In this document: positions 43,920-44,926 of the stretch, piece by piece
How positions within the stretch are numbered: position 1 is the first letter of the stretch
How the letters are laid out: each line of letters begins with the position of its first letter
Virus record (IMG/VR): IMGVR_UViG_3300034069_000811
Span: 1-44,926 of that record
Source: a virus
Length of the DNA stretch: 44,926 nucleotides
Reading direction: 5' to 3' (one strand)
Made by a program: the position numbers and the translations under genes
The notes under the pieces: model-generated
Told to the model about the DNA's origin: nothing
The model's input: the letters and a program-made list of their open reading frames with translations, nothing else
The model's database searches: none

Positions 43920-44459
43920 ATGCCACGACTTACCGTAGACCAGATGATCGATGAACTTATCCGCCGCGAAGGGGGATATGTCAACAACCCGGCGGATAAG
44001 GGTGGCGAGACGAACTTCGGTATTACCATTGGCACCGCGCGCAACTACGGCTACACCGGCCACATGTACGACCTGCCGCGCGGCGTGGCCGAGGCGATCT
44101 ACCGGAAACAGTACTTCACCGATCCTGGCTTCGACCGCGTGGCGCTGGTCTCCATGCCGGTGGCCGAGGAGCTGTTTGACACTGGGGTGAACATGGGCGT
44201 CTCGGTGCCAGGGCCTTGGCTGCAGCGCTGGCTCAACGCGTTCCTGGAGGCTGCGCCGCTCGTCGTGGACGGTGCCATCGGTCCGGCTACGATCAATGCT
44301 CTGCGGGCCTTCCTGGCGCGCCGCGGTACCGAGGGTGAGACGGTGCTGGTACGCGGCCTCAACTGCCTGCAAGGCGCGCGGTACTTGGACCTGACCGAGC
44401 ACCGCGTCGCGAACAAGGCGTTCATCTATGGCTGGATGCTGAATCGAGTCGGGTCTTGA
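43920..44459 (+). CDS. Endolysin: GH108 N-acetylmuramidase with a C-terminal peptidoglycan-binding domain
   Basis: 179 aa. REGGYVNNPADKGGETNFGIT is the GH108 signature. VVDGAIGPATINALRAF is PG-binding-like. Confidence 0.9.
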   Translation: MPRLTVDQMIDELIRREGGYVNNPADKGGETNFGITIGTARNYGYTGHMYDLPRGVAEAIYRKQYFTDPGFDRVALVSMPVAEELFDTGVNMGVSVPGPWLQRWLNAFLEAAPLVVDGAIGPATINALRAFLARRGTEGETVLVRGLNCLQGARYLDLTEHRVANKAFIYGWMLNRVGS

Positions 44460-44460
44460 T

Positions 44461-44550
44461 ATGCGATACGAGATTTCTCTCCGCGTCCTGGCTTTTCTGT
44501 TTGGATTTACGGAAGGAATTTTACTCACTCTATGGTGGACCGCGAAATGA
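44461..44550 (+). CDS. Small hydrophobic peptide, 29 aa (MRYEISLRVLAFLFGFTEGILLTLWWTAK), not in the ORF track
   Basis: It starts 1 nt after the endolysin stop. Its TGA overlaps the Rz-like ATG as ATGA. Confidence 0.4.
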   Translation: MRYEISLRVLAFLFGFTEGILLTLWWTAK

Positions 44551-44926
44551 AACTGATCCCCACTTGGCCGATCGCAGCGTCTCTGCTGTTTGCTGGATTC
44601 ATTTTCGGTGGTACGGTCTCGTACAAGATCATGGACGGCCGCATCGACAAGATGAACGCGGCGCATGCCGAGGAACTGCGCCAGCGTGAAGTGAAGCGGG
44701 CCGACGACGAGCGGATCGCGCGTAACAACGAACGCCAGATGACCGAGGCCGTGGGTCTGGCCGAACAGGACAAACAAAATGAAATCGCTCGCATTCGCAA
44801 TTCCTATTCTGCTCAGCTTGCAAGCCTGCAGCAGCGCGCCGATCGCAAGCCCGCCAGTCCAAGTGGAGTGCCCCAAGCCGCCCCCGCTTGCCAAGGTGCC
44901 ACTGGGGCCGAGCTTTCAAGACAGGA
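44547..44926 (+). CDS. Rz: i-spanin (Rz-like), 5' portion; continues at 2..232 (about 156 aa in total)
   Basis: N-terminal TM segment MKLIPTWPIAASLLFAGFIFGG, then a charged coiled-coil-like region. The frame stays open to the window end. An alternative in-frame ATG lies at 44532. Confidence 0.75.
   Translation, partial: MKLIPTWPIAASLLFAGFIFGGTVSYKIMDGRIDKMNAAHAEELRQREVKRADDERIARNNERQMTEAVGLAEQDKQNEIARIRNSYSAQLASLQQRADRKPASPSGVPQAAPACQGATGAELSRQ
44779..44926 (+). CDS. Rz1: o-spanin (Rz1-like lipoprotein), 5' portion; continues at 1..185 (63 aa in total)
   Basis: MKSLAFAIPILLSLQAC lipobox-like signal. The mature part is Pro-rich. It is embedded entirely in the +1 frame of the Rz-like gene. 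Confidence 0.75.
   Translation, partial: MKSLAFAIPILLSLQACSSAPIASPPVQVECPKPPPLAKVPLGPSFQDR
44786..44926. repeat. Terminal direct repeat, copy 2 of 2 (identical to 1..141)
   Basis: See copy 1. Confidence 0.95.

Noticed and set aside
44456-44689. A 77-aa plus-strand ORF (MICDTRFLSAS...) overlapping the start of the Rz-like gene.
   Set aside because: It is in a different frame from the TM-plus-coiled-coil Rz-like ORF that fits lysis-cassette synteny. Its translation is not protein-like. The 29-aa and Rz frames explain the region better.
1-44926. CRISPR arrays, tRNA or tmRNA genes, rRNA, integrase/attP, reverse transcriptase or a DGR template/variable repeat pair.
   Set aside because: All non-coding gaps over 100 nt (10647-10794, 12810-13037, 15688-15864, 16189-16539, 19296-19408, 34169-34276) were read by eye. 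None shows tRNA arms, a spaced repeat array or an RT. The collagen-like and fibre genes have no second diverged copy of their 3' ends that could serve as a DGR template.

Overview
The window is a complete high-GC tailed-phage genome with siphovirus-type architecture. The first and last 141 nt are identical, so the unique length is about 44,785 bp and the contig is circular. An AT-rich divergent control region (10647-10794) splits the genome into two arms.

The leftward arm (10646 down to 229) carries replication and recombination genes: a DUF2800-type nuclease, a DUF2815 SSB-like protein, a ParB-like protein, a family-A DNA polymerase, a VRR-NUC nuclease, an SNF2 helicase and many small ORFs.

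The rightward arm (10795 onward, wrapping to 232) carries, in order:
- a tandem-HTH regulator, a truncated DNA methyltransferase, an AEP primase-helicase and a terminase-type HNH;
- an ORF-less promoter-to-terminator unit and a collagen-like protein;
- TerS/TerL and HK97-type portal, protease and capsid;
- a low-GC HNH plus two large enzyme-like proteins inserted between capsid and connector;
- head-tail joining genes, tail tube, a G/GT chaperone with a GGGAAAC slippery site, and the tape measure;
- only two distal tail genes, three low-GC membrane proteins, a GH108 endolysin, and nested Rz/Rz1 spanins that cross the window junction.

I recognised no integrase, lysogeny repressor, tRNA, rRNA, CRISPR array or reverse transcriptase.

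The signals most worth follow-up are:
1. a roughly 245-nt transcription unit without an ORF (16189-16469), a candidate structured ncRNA or leader;
2. a dense TGCTTCA heptamer array with an 18-bp perfect palindrome (15702-15830);
3. an 85-bp promoter/5'UTR cassette present twice at 84/85 identity, each copy driving an unrelated small gene;
4. an AT-rich island with a 17-bp-stem hairpin (12848-13025);
5. several sub-60-aa ORFs absent from the ORF track, three of them with a predicted transmembrane segment.

All coordinates outside the ORF track were hand-counted. All family assignments come from motifs read in the translations, not from searches.
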